DNA of 62,287 bases, filler included. It is 8 parts of 8 records of this genome, joined end to end, with 100 filler letters (N's around TTAATTAATTAA, not from the genome) between each part and the next. Parts side by side here need not be neighbours in the genome. Positions count along the whole stretch, not along the records: positions 43,597 to 50,715 come from SRR15195285_402; positions 50,816 to 55,320 come from SRR15195285_403; positions 55,421 to 58,835 come from SRR15195285_406; 5 more parts are not named here. One strand, 5' to 3'. The translations under genes and the position numbers were made by a program. The number at the start of each line of letters is the position of its first letter. Within the stretch, counting starts at the first letter, position 1. Below are positions 44,777-56,241 of the stretch, in pieces. The notes beneath the pieces were generated by a model. The model worked only from the letters and a program-made list of their open reading frames with translations, did not search any database and had not been told where the DNA came from.

Positions 44777-47700
44777 CTAGTTGCCTGACGGTTTTCGCAT
44801 GACAAGATCGCGCACTCTGCTCCATCTCTTTGCGCCCTGTACAGTAGCAGCATATAGAATGCACCAGACACCAGACAAACAGAAACCACATAGGACTGGT
44901 CAGTAGACGGTACACAGGCTCAATAGCAGGCACCATCCCGTGTTCGCACCAGTCGAGAGTGTATCTGCTCCTTAATGTCTCGCTCTGCGTTTGCGATCTC
45001 TGCGAGCTGCTTTTCGTCTAGCTCATCACCGACAGCACTCCGGGCCCTCAACAAGGGCCTCTTCACCTGGCGGCGGAAATTCAGTGCTAACTGAACGGTT
45101 ATTTGGAGCCCTTCGGTATCTGGGCCTGTGTCTGTGCTCTGCTCGATCCTTGGTGAGACGGCATTGCGCTCCTCTGCAGCCTTCAGCCGCGACTGAATCT
45201 CCTCTTTTGGCACGAAATCACCTGAGCACACGAACAAAAATTCGTGCACACCACGAGTGGCAATGCAATGAGTGCAACGAATGTGTGCAAAACCTCAACA
45301 GTACCGTGCAAAAGGATAAGGCGCAGAGTGGCAACACAAGTGCTGATGCAATGTAGTCCGCACCGTCCGCATCGAGCATCCAATCTTTCTCCCAGTCCTG
45401 CGCCTGCTGATCGAATTCGTCAACATTCCCAACTTCGGTCTCGTCGAAGATGTTGTGCTTCCAGAACGATGCTGTCTTCATCTGGTGCACCCCCTCTACT
45501 CCTAGGATGCTGGAATTGCTGGTGGCGTGCGGGTCGTGAACGTCGGCTCGGGCATTGTGCTGGACCGGGTTCATTTGCAGCAACGAGAGTTCATCCCGCA
45601 GCTTTCTCTCAGTCTTGATCACGTCCCCTGCGCTGCCTCCACCTCGGACCATCTCGGCGTCAATGATCAACGAAACGAGTTCCCCTCGTGGGTCTTCACA
45701 ATCTGCTGCGTCCCGATACCGCTTCTGTAGTTTCTCGTCGTCGCCAATGGCTTCCAATGCACGCGCATTGAGCGGGCACACGGCGAGAGTTGTCTTGTAG
45801 CGGCCTCTTCCTGGCGCCAGAAGAGCGCGGCAAAGAGGAAGCCGCAGGGCTAGTGACGCACCATTCCGCCGGGTATTGTAAGTAGTGCAAAACATGCCCT
45901 GATGTGGAACACCCGAGTCCCAGCGATTCTCCACTTCAATGTAGTTGCCGTTGTATGTCTCGTTGACAGTATTGTCGCCGGGTTCTGCACTAAGCACTAT
46001 TAGCAACTCTGCTACCGTACGTTGATCTTGCTGCCCTTTCTTGTCACCGTGAGGATGAGTATCATCCGGTGGCGTCTCAGCCCAATCCCTGAGGTTGAGA
46101 GCGTATTCTTTTTCTGGGAAGAGAGGATTGAAGAGATTCGCGTGGCCGAGTCTATGGCACGCCTGCAGGTAGCGCTGGCTGTTGACATCTGGTGATGACT
46201 CGCTGTGAAGCTGTGCGAGCTCGTCCTCTGTGATCCAGCCATTGCCGTCGCTGTCAAACGTCGTATGCCCTAGCAGTTTGCCGACGTCCAGCTGTTCGAT
46301 GTCAGTGATACGAGAGAACACGGTGACGATTGCTTCGACATGAGCCGAAGCTGGAATGGCTTCCAATATCTTCGTGCACTGCGCAACACTAAAATACCAT
46401 TGCGCCGTGCAGCGGCGCAGCATCAGTAGCTGTCGTTTGGCGATTGTCCGTAGCCGTGCGCCTTTCGACATCTCGACGACTTTCCGATATTGCTCGCTAA
46501 TCCACCAGCAGTTTCTCATCTTACGCCTCGGAGGCTTCTTCTGAGTGATGAAATGTTCAGCCACACAAAACACATCACTCCCAAGCGATGCGCCGGAGCG
46601 CGGCACTTGCATCTCTCCCGCCCGCGCCTTCTGCGAAGCTTGTGCCAGTTTCTGAAGTTCCTCCTGTCTCGCCCTCAAACTAGCTGCAGCACGTTTTTTG
46701 GCTGCGTCCATGCGGCGTACCATCTTCCCTCGCCACAAGGCTTGGATAAGCTGAACCGATTCCGTCTCCTTCTTGCCAAACTCATCCAACGATGCCGACT
46801 GCTTCGTCTTCTTCTTTGTCTTTGTCTTCGTGTTCTTTTCCTGCTGCTGACTATCGAAGTTGGCAAATGCGCCCTCTGGCACTTGCGCCGGCTCCGACTC
46901 CGGCTCCGGCTCAAACTCTTGTGTGTCGTTTAGACTGGCCTCAGTCCCCAACAAGAACCCTGAATTCACTGTGTCATTTAGCTTGCCGTGCTCAGCTTGT
47001 TCTCCTGATTGATCTTCGTCATTCTTGGATGAATTAGCCTTCCCTCGTCGTACCATATTTTCCATAACATCGACACAATGCCGCACCCGGAAGAGGTCCA
47101 ACAAAAACAGATCAAAGACATCGTCATTCATTGGTGGCAGGTTTAGCAACCGATGGGCGACGGAGGTAGAGACGTAGTCAAATTCTAAAATAGCAGGAGG
47201 CTTCAGGTCTGCGTTTCCAGAGGATGCATTTGACGTGTCGAAATCATATTTCTCTTTGTTGAGCGTCTCGTTGCGGAAATTCTCCCAATCGCCGTGCTGT
47301 GACGTGTCAATCGTCTGACCGCCATGATTGGCGACATTCTTCTGCCGAAAATCCTTTTCTTCTTTCGCTATTTCTACCAATTTCTGCTTGACAATCCTGT
47401 GATACGGGTTGACCAGATCCAGTTTGTAGTGACCCGTGGGGTTTGTTGGCATGAAGTGGAAAAGAATACCCAGCTGGGTTTCGAGCTTGCGCGTTTCCGC
47501 TCTTGTGAGATAGTCGAGGACGTGATACTGCGCGTTTGCAATATCGACAATTCGTGGATATAGCGCAGCCGCAGCAATCATACGAGACTCGCTGTCTTTC
47601 TGCATCTTCACCAGCAAACCGACATACTCGGCCGTGAACCAAAACTCTTTCGCTGCGAGCCGCAACAAGGCCATCCCGTGGTCAGTTACCTCTTTTTCAT

Positions 47701-50392
47701 TCATCATCTCTAGTAGCCTGATGAGCATTGGTGGTTCTACGACATCCTTGAAGCGAGGCACGCGCGGAGTGTTCGTGTAGTTCAGCGACAGAAGACCAGA
47801 GTCCGGCAAAACTGGATGGTCTGCCCTCATCCAGATTGCTCCTGGCTCAGGCTCTTCGAGATTGAAATCAGATCCGTCGATTCGTTCGTCAGACCAGTTT
47901 TCTCCCTCCTCTGTCCATGCCAGCTCAACAAGCTCCCAGGCAACCATTCGCTGGTAAGCGTCCTCTAAGTTGCACTTGTGGTGCCCGCCAGCGTCTGCAG
48001 GATCGAACAAGGGTTGGTCGTGGTCAAATTGTAAGATCTTGCGAGTTGTTCCCGTCTCGCCAGTCGATGATGGGTCATCGACCTCAACCCACCGTGTTGT
48101 ACCGACCTGCGATTCATCCACGAGCTGGAAGTTGGATCGAGCAACGCTAATCTTGCGAGTCCAACCATATTGCAGCATTTTTCGCAACGCGCGCAAGATT
48201 GCGCGTCCACCTCGCTGTCCGACTGGGTTTTCATCCAGCTTGATTTCCTCTAGCCCTTGATTCTCTTTGAGTACATCTGCAATGACCATCGCACCACGTT
48301 CACCGATCCCAGTTCGCGTGAGGTTGAGAGTCAGCAACGCCTTGTTTGGTCGCAACGCATCAGCAAGAGCCATCGCTCCTTCATCGCCGCACGAATTCCA
48401 GCTCAAATCAAGCCGCTGCAGGGAGTTATTGAACTTCAGTGAGACCGCCATGAGCTCGAAATGCCGGGCGCTCAGGTTGTTATAACTCAAGTTTAGCGTA
48501 TGTATTTGTGCCAGGCTGGATTTGTTCAGCATTGTTGCCATCTTTGCAGTTGCAGATGTTTTCGAGTGTATCGTTGCTGGGCAAGCTTCGTCGCGACACC
48601 ATGCTCCAGCTCCAGCACCAAGCTGGTTCCGTGATAAATCAAGGTAAGTGATGGAGGAGTTTTGAGACAGAGATTCAATTAGATGTGCGCCGTCCTTGTC
48701 TTCGATGTTGCAGTTAGACATTGAGATTTGCTGAATCATAGGGTGGCTCTGCAGTGCCTTTGCCAAGGCCTCACTTGCCTGCTCACTGAAGTCATTTGAT
48801 GACATGTCGATCACTCGTAGCGACGGACAGCTATGTATCGTCGCTGCGATCGCTACGATTCCGCGCGTTGTCAAGTTGTTCTCACGAAGTTTCAGCTCTT
48901 CGAAAAGGACATCTTGCTGTGCTGCTGCCTTCAGCAAAGCGCCAGCGTAGGCACTGCCAGTCGTGTTACCCAGCCGACGGTAGCTCAGATCGATTACCTT
49001 GGTGGACTTATTCTGGACAAGAATTGGTTGTGGGACTTTGTGTGTTCGTTCGCATTCCCGAAGATAGTGACGCCTTCCACTGTCTGGTTCAGCGCCTTCT
49101 GCATCATCGTTTAGCATTCCTTCAGCACTCCACTCTCGATGTTGCACCTTCGTTAGGTCAAAAAACGCCTGACGTGCGCTGGCGCCGATGAAAAGCTCCG
49201 GGCCTGCCGCAGCAGCTTTGGCTCTCCATTCTACCCCTTTTGGCTCAGTGGGAACCGCCAGCTGCTCTGGCACCTCCTTTGAGGACACGGTCTCACTCTC
49301 GGGCTTCTGCCACCAAAGCTTTTGCTCACTTCCTGGCCCAATGAGTCCAAAGTTATTGACGGTCAGCGCTTCTTTGTGAAACGTTTCGCCTCGCGACGGA
49401 GCTCGAGCGAGTTGCTTTGCAGCCCGCCCTCGTTCGCGTACAAGTGTTTCCATCTGCGTCTCGCTGCGTGATGCAGCAGCTGCGTCTTCGCCTGCGTCCG
49501 AAGCAGCCTCGCTAGCGGTGTCATCCGCAAAGTCATGTGGGCACACAATCTCTTTTGCCTCACGCCATTCCTGCACGCCCCTTCCCAAGGCACGCTTGGG
49601 TCTTGACGGCTTTGGTGACGAGACATGGAAGCCCACAACACTCGACATTCGCGTGGTCAATGGTGGAAGGTCGTCAGGATCGTCAATGATCTCCGCAGTG
49701 TTTGGGCGCTGGTAGCCCTCGCCTCCGTGTGCGAGTGCGTCTAGCAGTGGCATGTTTGCGTACAACCCAAACAGGCTCATGTGGTTGCTCTGATTGCTGC
49801 CACCCTCATTTTCTTCCGGCACCTCGGCGGGCTCATGCACGCGCATGTGCCGGCTTGGGGTCATAGGAGTCAAGATGTCGCGCTCCTCCGCGGCCACTTC
49901 GGCGGCATCAAATTCCAGCTCCTCCTCCACCACCTCCTCTTCCTCTGCTTCCGCCCCTTCCACCAAAAGCTCCGTCGGAGCGGACGGATTTGCCTCACCG
50001 CTGCCAGACACCGTCTCCTGCACAGCACGGGCTGCCGTCTTGTGGTCATCTTCTGAGAGGTGACCCCGTTGTTTCATCTCGTCTAGCTTTTCCAGCGAGC
50101 GGGCGCCTTTGCCACTGCGTCTCGGCTTCTTGGTGGAACCACTGCCTCGCTTCCGCGAGCGGCCGTACTTGCCACGCTTCGGGGAGGAAGCGTCGTCGCT
50201 GCTCAGTTCCGGCAGTCTGTTTGGGGACGGCGACCCGCTCGTCCTCCTCGCCGGGAAGGACATCTCATTTGCCAGCCGCCGTTTGGTCCCGATACTGGCA
50301 CGGAGCTCGTGAGCGTGCGTCAAGCTCGGCGGCTGGATCGAGTGGCGCTTCTCGAAGCTGAGCATCTGCTGCGCCAGCATGGTGCCCGCCAT
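44777..50392 (-). CDS. Large RNI-like leucine-rich-repeat protein with IQ motif, EF-hand and three internal repeats; introns 45222-45363, 44837-44949
   Basis: LRRs LKLRENNLT, IDMSSNDFS, LDLSRNQLG, LNLSYNNLS, LDLSWNSCGDEGA. IQ motif IQALWRGKMVRR. EF-hand FDSDGNGWITEDEL. Spliced end ...MRKPSGN-TAG. Confidence 0.82.
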
Positions 50393-50500
50393 CCCCCCCA
50401 CACCGCCCCGCGCTCTCCGCCGGGGACCCAACAGCCACCCAGCTGCTCGAGGGGACTACGGAGGGGCTACACCGTTCCGTTCCAGCCAGTGGTACAAAAC

Positions 50501-50715
50501 CGCCCCCCAGTCAACTGTATGGGAGGGCTTTTTTTTCTTCTCTCTTCTACAAGTATGGGAGATCAGGCTAGCGTACCAGTACCGCCCTCAGCAACCACAC
50601 AGTGCGGCTGAGAAACAGGGCGACCATTGCCGCCCACTCAGCAGTCCTTCGTCAGGAGCCCCCACTCAATAGTATGGGGGAAAACTCCGCTTTTTCGCCC
50701 CAGTCAATAGTATGG
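50501..50715. repeat. Three imperfect copies of CCCCASTCAAYWGTATGG(G) at the contig end, upstream of the LRR gene
   Basis: Copies at 50501-50527, 50658-50680 and 50696-50715 (the last is cut by the contig break). The full copies have CCCCA...TGGG self-complementary ends. Confidence 0.7.
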
Positions 50716-50815
50716 NNNNNNNNNNNNNNNNNNNNNNNNNNNNNNNNNNNNNNNNNNNNTTAATTAATTAANNNNNNNNNNNNNNNNNNNNNNNNNNNNN
50801 NNNNNNNNNNNNNNN
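50716..50815. other. Artificial contig linker
   Basis: N44-TTAATTAATTAA-N44. Confidence 0.98.
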
Positions 50816-51014
50816 GGTACATGCATTCGTAGGCCGGATCGTTGCGGCGCGCGCCGGGCGGGACGCGCGGACCCGCGCCGGCGCCGGCGCCGCGCGCCGC
50901 GGCCCGCGGGACGGACGAGCGCGGCGTGCGGGCAGCTAGCTCAACTTTGCCTACCGAGAACGTTGCAGCACTACTCAGATTAGGACTACTACAGTTGTAC
51001 AAGCCAGTCGATAT

Positions 51015-52654
51015 ATGCCAGCGCCCGCCAGCGCAGTGCTCGATGCTGCTGTTGCCAAGTGCTCCACACTGACGCCAGAGGAGGCCCGGACCTTTCTCGA
51101 TACGGGGTGGGTAGAACTATTCTAGAATTTACTGTCGCCCCCCGATACCCTCTGTAGCAATGCTCCCGTCAGCCACCACTGTGGTGTTGCGACGCGATCG
51201 CACGAGCGTGCGACAATCGTCTGATTAGGACGGAGGCTTTGGTCGGAGCAGGTGGGTGCTGATCAAGGGGGCGTTTCCACGCGAGCTGGCCGCCCAGTTT
51301 GTGGCCGAGTCGTGGCAAGAGCTGATCGAAGACTACGGCATTCTACCGGACGACCCGACGACATGGGAACAGCACCCGTACGTGCGGACTGGGGACCAGC
51401 CAGCCGTCCACATCATGGCCAGCCGAGGCGACAAGGCTGCCCAGGCCCAGCTGAAGGCCAGGCGCCCACCGAAGCTGAGCGAGGTTGCCACTCGCGCCCT
51501 TGGAGCAATCAGCGACGTGGTGGCAGGGAACATCGAGGATGTCGGCGCGATGGACCTACCACGCTCACTTGCTGTCAACTTGTCTACTAAGAATCCCGAT
51601 GGCTCTCAAGAGTGGCAGCCGCCTAGACTCGACTGGCCCGGGTGGTGAGTCGCGGCCCTCCTCCCACTTGGCTCATCAGCCCAAGGCTGCTGTCCTCTGT
51701 GCTGACATGTCATGGCTACAACAGGCACAAGGACGGGTGGCAATACAGACATTTCTTAGACTCACCTGAGCAAGGGTTGCTGCTATGCTATTTCTACGAT
51801 GACGTTCTACCACAGTCTGGTGGCACTCAAATTTCTCTGGACTCAATCGAGGTTGCGGCCCGTTTCTTTGCAGAACATCCCGAAGGAGTACACCCAGATC
51901 TTGCCCAGGGCGCAGTACTTAATCCGTTCTTGAAGCAGGTCGACGGAGACGGGTGCTTCGAAGAGCTCACAGGTGAAGCTGGCGACCTCGCGATCATTCA
52001 TCCGTGTACGTGCTCTTTCGTTGCGGTGCTTCATGTTGTGAAACAGCAGCCACTCATGCCTCTCTGTGGCGTGGTTGCGCAGACATGATGCACCGAACTG
52101 CCCCAAATCATTCGGGCCGCGCGCGCTTCGCACAGTTCCCCGGGATTTTCCTCAAAACACCGATGGATTTTAGTGAGTGCCCGGCGTCTGCCTGTCCCAC
52201 AGTTTTCTCACGGGAGTTTTGCTCCAGCTAGCTGAAGGAAATCGTATACCTGTTGTTCCATCCCTTCTTTGTGCTGACATTCACTATGACGGGAACGTGC
52301 TATGCGCGTGCCGCGTTTGCTATCGAAGATCGGCCCGATCCCACAGACTTTTCACTCGTCGAGCTTGTGACTCTCAAGGCACTTGGTGCGCAGCCCCAGA
52401 TAGAAAACAGTAGCTCATCATTGAGACAAACCATGGTCCATCGTTCTGGTCGGGACAGCACGTGAAAGCTCAGCTCTGTGTACATTGAGCTCTTTTGTTT
52501 TTGTTTCTTGGCAGGTAAAGATCGTTTTGATTTTGCAGCCCTGGTGGATGCCGTGGGTGGCGAGCGCGAGCTGGTCACACCACCGCCTGCACGCACCGCC
52601 GAGGATAAAGCAGCAGAGACAGAGCGGGTGGAAGAGGAGAAGAGGCGGCTGTGA
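51015..52654 (+). CDS. Phytanoyl-CoA dioxygenase-like (PhyH-type) Fe(II)/2OG oxygenase; 5 introns (first two 51107-51251, 51645-51724)
   Basis: LTPEEARTFLDTGWVLIKGAF, WHKDGWQYRHFLDSPEQGLL (HxD), GGT and GEAGDLAIIHPYMMHRTAPN..GRAR (distal His, Arg) after splicing. Confidence 0.82.
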
Positions 52655-52883
52655 GTTGTCAACCGCAGTTCCTTTCTGCTACGAACGCCATGCTGTTGAA
52701 ATACCTCACATTTACGCTCGTGCTATGTGAGCAGCTCTACCTAACGTGGGCGCTTGCATTGCTTTCACAGGAGAGCACGCCATGTTGCATTGGCTCATCT
52801 CTAGAGTTGTTTTCAGTAGAGTTGGTGGCCGCAAGAAAGATGCCGATACGTCAAGGTTGGGAGTTATCAAAACAATAGCTCAT

Positions 52884-54277
52884 TCACAGACGCGACACAA
52901 CGACCCCCTCTGCCTCCGCCTCCGCCGTCGCAACTTGCAACTCACGCAGTGCGGTCACCAGTCGAGCGACCTCCTCTCGTGTGTTGTACGCATGGGCTGA
53001 AACTCGCACTGCCGTATCGAGATGTGCGGCGATCAGGATGTTGCGGTCTTGACACCACTGCGCAATCTTCTCGCCACGGAGCCCTTCGACAGCAAACGCA
53101 ACAATAGTAGAGCTCTCGTCATACGCTCGTGGTGTGGTCACCGTCACACCCTCTAGCGCCTGCAACGAATCTTTGATGTAGCCCGTCAGCTCAGCAATTG
53201 CCGCGAAGAGATTTTCCCAGCCGACTTCGTCCCGCCATATCTCTAGAGCTTTGCGCCAGCCTGCGTGGTCAGAAATGTTTCTGTTGCCAAACTCAAAGCG
53301 TCGTGCTGATGGCAACAGTTTGAACGCCTCGGGGCTTGCGTCCGAACCTATGATCTCTCCGTGACAGCCAACCCAGGATGGAAGGACGCTATCAAGCTTC
53401 TGCCGTGCAATGTAACACGCGCCAGTGCCGGTTGGAGCCATGCAGTACTTGTGGCCGTTGACCGTGTAGTAGTCGCAGCCAATCTGCTTAACGTCGACAG
53501 GGATTGAACCGAACGCTTGGGCCCCGTCGATAAGCACCGGTATCCTGTGTTTGTGCGCCACAGTGACGATATCTTTTGCTGGCAGACGCACACCTGTTCG
53601 GCGTGAGACGTGGGAGAACGACAGAAGTTTTGCTCGTTGCCCAAGCGTTGCTAGGCGCTGGTCCAGATCGGACAGCAGCTGTGGGTTCGGCACAGGTTGA
53701 GGGTTGTCGTTCTGCGTGCCGTGGAGCTCATCTGGAACGCTCGCTATCTCAATCCCCCGACGTTGCGCCAGTGCGTACCAGGGAACACGATTTGATGGAT
53801 GCTCGTTCTCGAATGTCACGACGACGTCGCCGGCTTTCCAATCAATGCCATTTGCGATGAGATTTATCCCGACGCCCGCAGCCTCGTTTAGCATCACTTC
53901 ATCTGCGTGGCAACCCAGCGCTTCCGCAACAGCGCTCCTCGCGGCCTCAAGCTGTCGTCCAGTATAGTACAAATCCTCACTGACATTAGCGTTTGCCATG
54001 CCTTTCATCCCAAACTCCATCCAGTAGATTGCTTCACGAATGGCAGGTTCCAGCTTCAGCGGGAAACCCTGCACGACGTCACCAGTTTCGAAGACAAATG
54101 GTGAGAGGAGCAGTGAATTAGGACGCGTGGGGCGAACTCCGACCTGCTGGATGTTGGTGGCTTGGTGAATGCATGGTCCGGCGTCGGTGGTCTCACTGAG
54201 TTGCCGAAATAAGCATTGTCGTCCGCGTGCGCCACCAAGGGTCGTACCTTCGAGCATACAGCGGCGTGTGTTTCCAT
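52884..54277 (-). CDS. Class-V PLP aminotransferase-fold enzyme (cysteine desulfurase/desulfhydrase or isopenicillin N epimerase-like) ending in PTS1 -SRL; intron 54069-54196
   Basis: ARSAVAEALG, GDVVVTFENEHPSN, FSHVSRRTG, LIDGAQAFG, NGHKY (PLP Lys), RFEFG and VRVSAHAYNT motifs. Exon 1 METHAAV...AYFGNS splices in frame to GFPLKLEP. Confidence 0.88.
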
Positions 54278-54887
54278 GGCGCCCAGGCCGGCGTTGCAGA
54301 TACGTAAGCGAGGGAGTATCCGTCGCGAGATACGCAGGCCACACCACGCCGTGCAAACGCCGCGTTTGCAGGGCGTGCGTGGCACGCACTGCCGCGGCGG
54401 GTGCCAGTGGGGGGGCCGCCGGCGCACGCACGCGTGCGTGCCGCCGTCGTCCATGCATGCTAGAATGCACGCGCCCCCGGGCCGGAGGCGCCCGCTGATG
54501 CGCGCACGCGCCCCCACGCCCTGCCGCCCACGAGCAGTCAATGCAGGCACACCCTCGCCGAGTACGTATCGGAATTTGCCGGGAGAATGGTGATTCGAGA
54601 TGATTCGGCCGTTGCCTGCGTGATCCTAAGAACTCGGATTCATTGCCTGGCCATGACCAATTTACCATCCAGTAATTCCTAATTGGGTGATGTGCAGCGA
54701 GCGAAAATTCAGATATGAATCGGCCGAAAATGTGCCAGTCGAGCACACCCATAGCGGTGTTAGGCGAAGGGGTGTTGTTAATATCTAAATTGTCGGCGCT
54801 ACTATTTTCAACCATTAAACCGGTAGTACTAGTATGTATCTTATACCAAGCTGTCAAGGTGCTCGTTTTCCTGACCCTTTCTAGACC

Positions 54888-55225
54888 TCACAATTTTGAT
54901 TGCCGCACAACGGCTGCAGATGCCGCTGCTACTGCTTTTGGCATGATGGCAGCACGACCAGCCCAATCGATTGGCTCGAGGTCAAAGCTCGCGATTGGAT
55001 GCACCCAGTCGCCATAATAACCTATCGCACTTCCGTGGGTCTGGACACGTACACAATTGTGATTGTAAGGCAAAAATAACTGGGATGTGAGCAGAGCATA
55101 GACCATGGAGGTCTGCAGTCGCAGCGTAGCTCAGGAGGCGGAAAATCAGAAGGGCACACACTCACATCATAACCGCAGAGCCTCTGGAGCTGCTTTGGGA
55201 AATGCCGAGCAATGTGTGGTGGTGC
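54888..55225 (-). CDS. 3' fragment of a probable second PhyH-like dioxygenase ending in PTS1 -SKL (5' part lost at the contig end); intron 55041-55165
   Basis: Spliced APPHIARHFPKQLQRLCGYD-THGSAIGYYGDWVHP...VRQSKL resembles the PPE.A..LP..LQRLLGY...LGY C-terminal motif of PhyH-family proteins. Confidence 0.6.
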
Positions 55226-55253
55226 CTGTGGGCCAGTGACGCAGGTGGAAGCA

Positions 55254-55320
55254 GCACACACGCACGCGCACGCGCACGCACACGCACACACACACGCACA
55301 CGCACACGCACACGCGCACA
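55254..55320. repeat. Intronic (CA/CG)n microsatellite at the contig break
   Basis: gcacacacgcacgcgcac... tract. Similar intronic tracts at about 23600-23630 and 23800-23826. Confidence 0.85.
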
Positions 55321-55420
55321 NNNNNNNNNNNNNNNNNNNNNNNNNNNNNNNNNNNNNNNNNNNNTTAATTAATTAANNNNNNNNNNNNNNNNNNNNNNNN
55401 NNNNNNNNNNNNNNNNNNNN
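55321..55420. other. Artificial contig linker
   Basis: N44-TTAATTAATTAA-N44. Confidence 0.98.
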
Positions 55421-56241
55421 AGAATCGGACGCTAACCAAAATCAGTCAGGCAGGATCCCGGTCACCGGCTGAATTCGTTCATGATTTTGAGTGTCACTGA
55501 CTCGGACAATCAATTTCCAGCGGAGAACCATGATCCAAGATTTGACCGGCGGTAAGCGCCGGAATGAATTTTTAAAAACTCGCGCCAGGCCTACTATAAT
55601 AGTAGGTGATCGCCCTCACATGAGACCAAATGGTCGATTTCGCCGAAAAATGAGATGTGCTACCCGGGGAGCGGGAGCCCAGATCGGCGATTCTAAAATC
55701 ACGGTATAATAGGCTCTGTCGATCGGTGGTATACTGGTCAGGAGCACAGTTTAGGACCTAAATAGCGCACACCCCAGAATTCCAATACGTTGAGAGATGA
55801 GATTCGCGTTCGTTCGGCGGAATCGACGACGCACGAAGACGCGCATCAGGAGCGGAGGGAACTTCAACCTGAACGCGCGCGCGTGCCTCCAAAATTCCGG
55901 TACGCGTACGCGCAGAGGCGACAGCACTGGCAAGACGGAGCTCCTTGCTTGTTGCTGTCCGTTGCTGCTGCTTCTGCCGCTGCTGCTACTCCTGTTGCTG
56001 CCGCATCAAAGGTTCGCAGAAGTGTGCACGTGCCGCGCGGGGCTGGGCGAGCAGCCTTGGCGGGTGACGGCCTCAGCGGGTGAAGAGCGCTTGGGTCTGG
56101 CTGCTGCTGGCTGCTTTCTAGCTTCGGCGTCGGCTGCTGCGACGGTCAGCGCTATCGCGCTGGGAACAGCCTGGGCAAACGTTGTAGAGGCTTCGCGGGC
56201 GTCTCGCGTTGGCGCCCTGCGGCTCCTTCTATTCGCAGAGG

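Noticed and set aside
51107-51257. Introner-type target-site duplications at intron ends (GTGGGT here; GAGGTCC at 2521 and 2615)
   Set aside because: The matches are short and fit proto-splice-site bias. I saw no shared sequence or terminal inverted repeats among the introns.
54278-54857. N-terminal extension of the 657-aa aminotransferase ORF
   Set aside because: It starts at a non-ATG codon and reads through promoter and intron sequence. A spliced model from ATG 54277 restores the normal class-V N-terminus.
55751-56241. Protein gene upstream of the RING gene
   Set aside because: The ORFs on both strands are low-complexity (GCT/CAG-rich) with no domain or convincing splice model.
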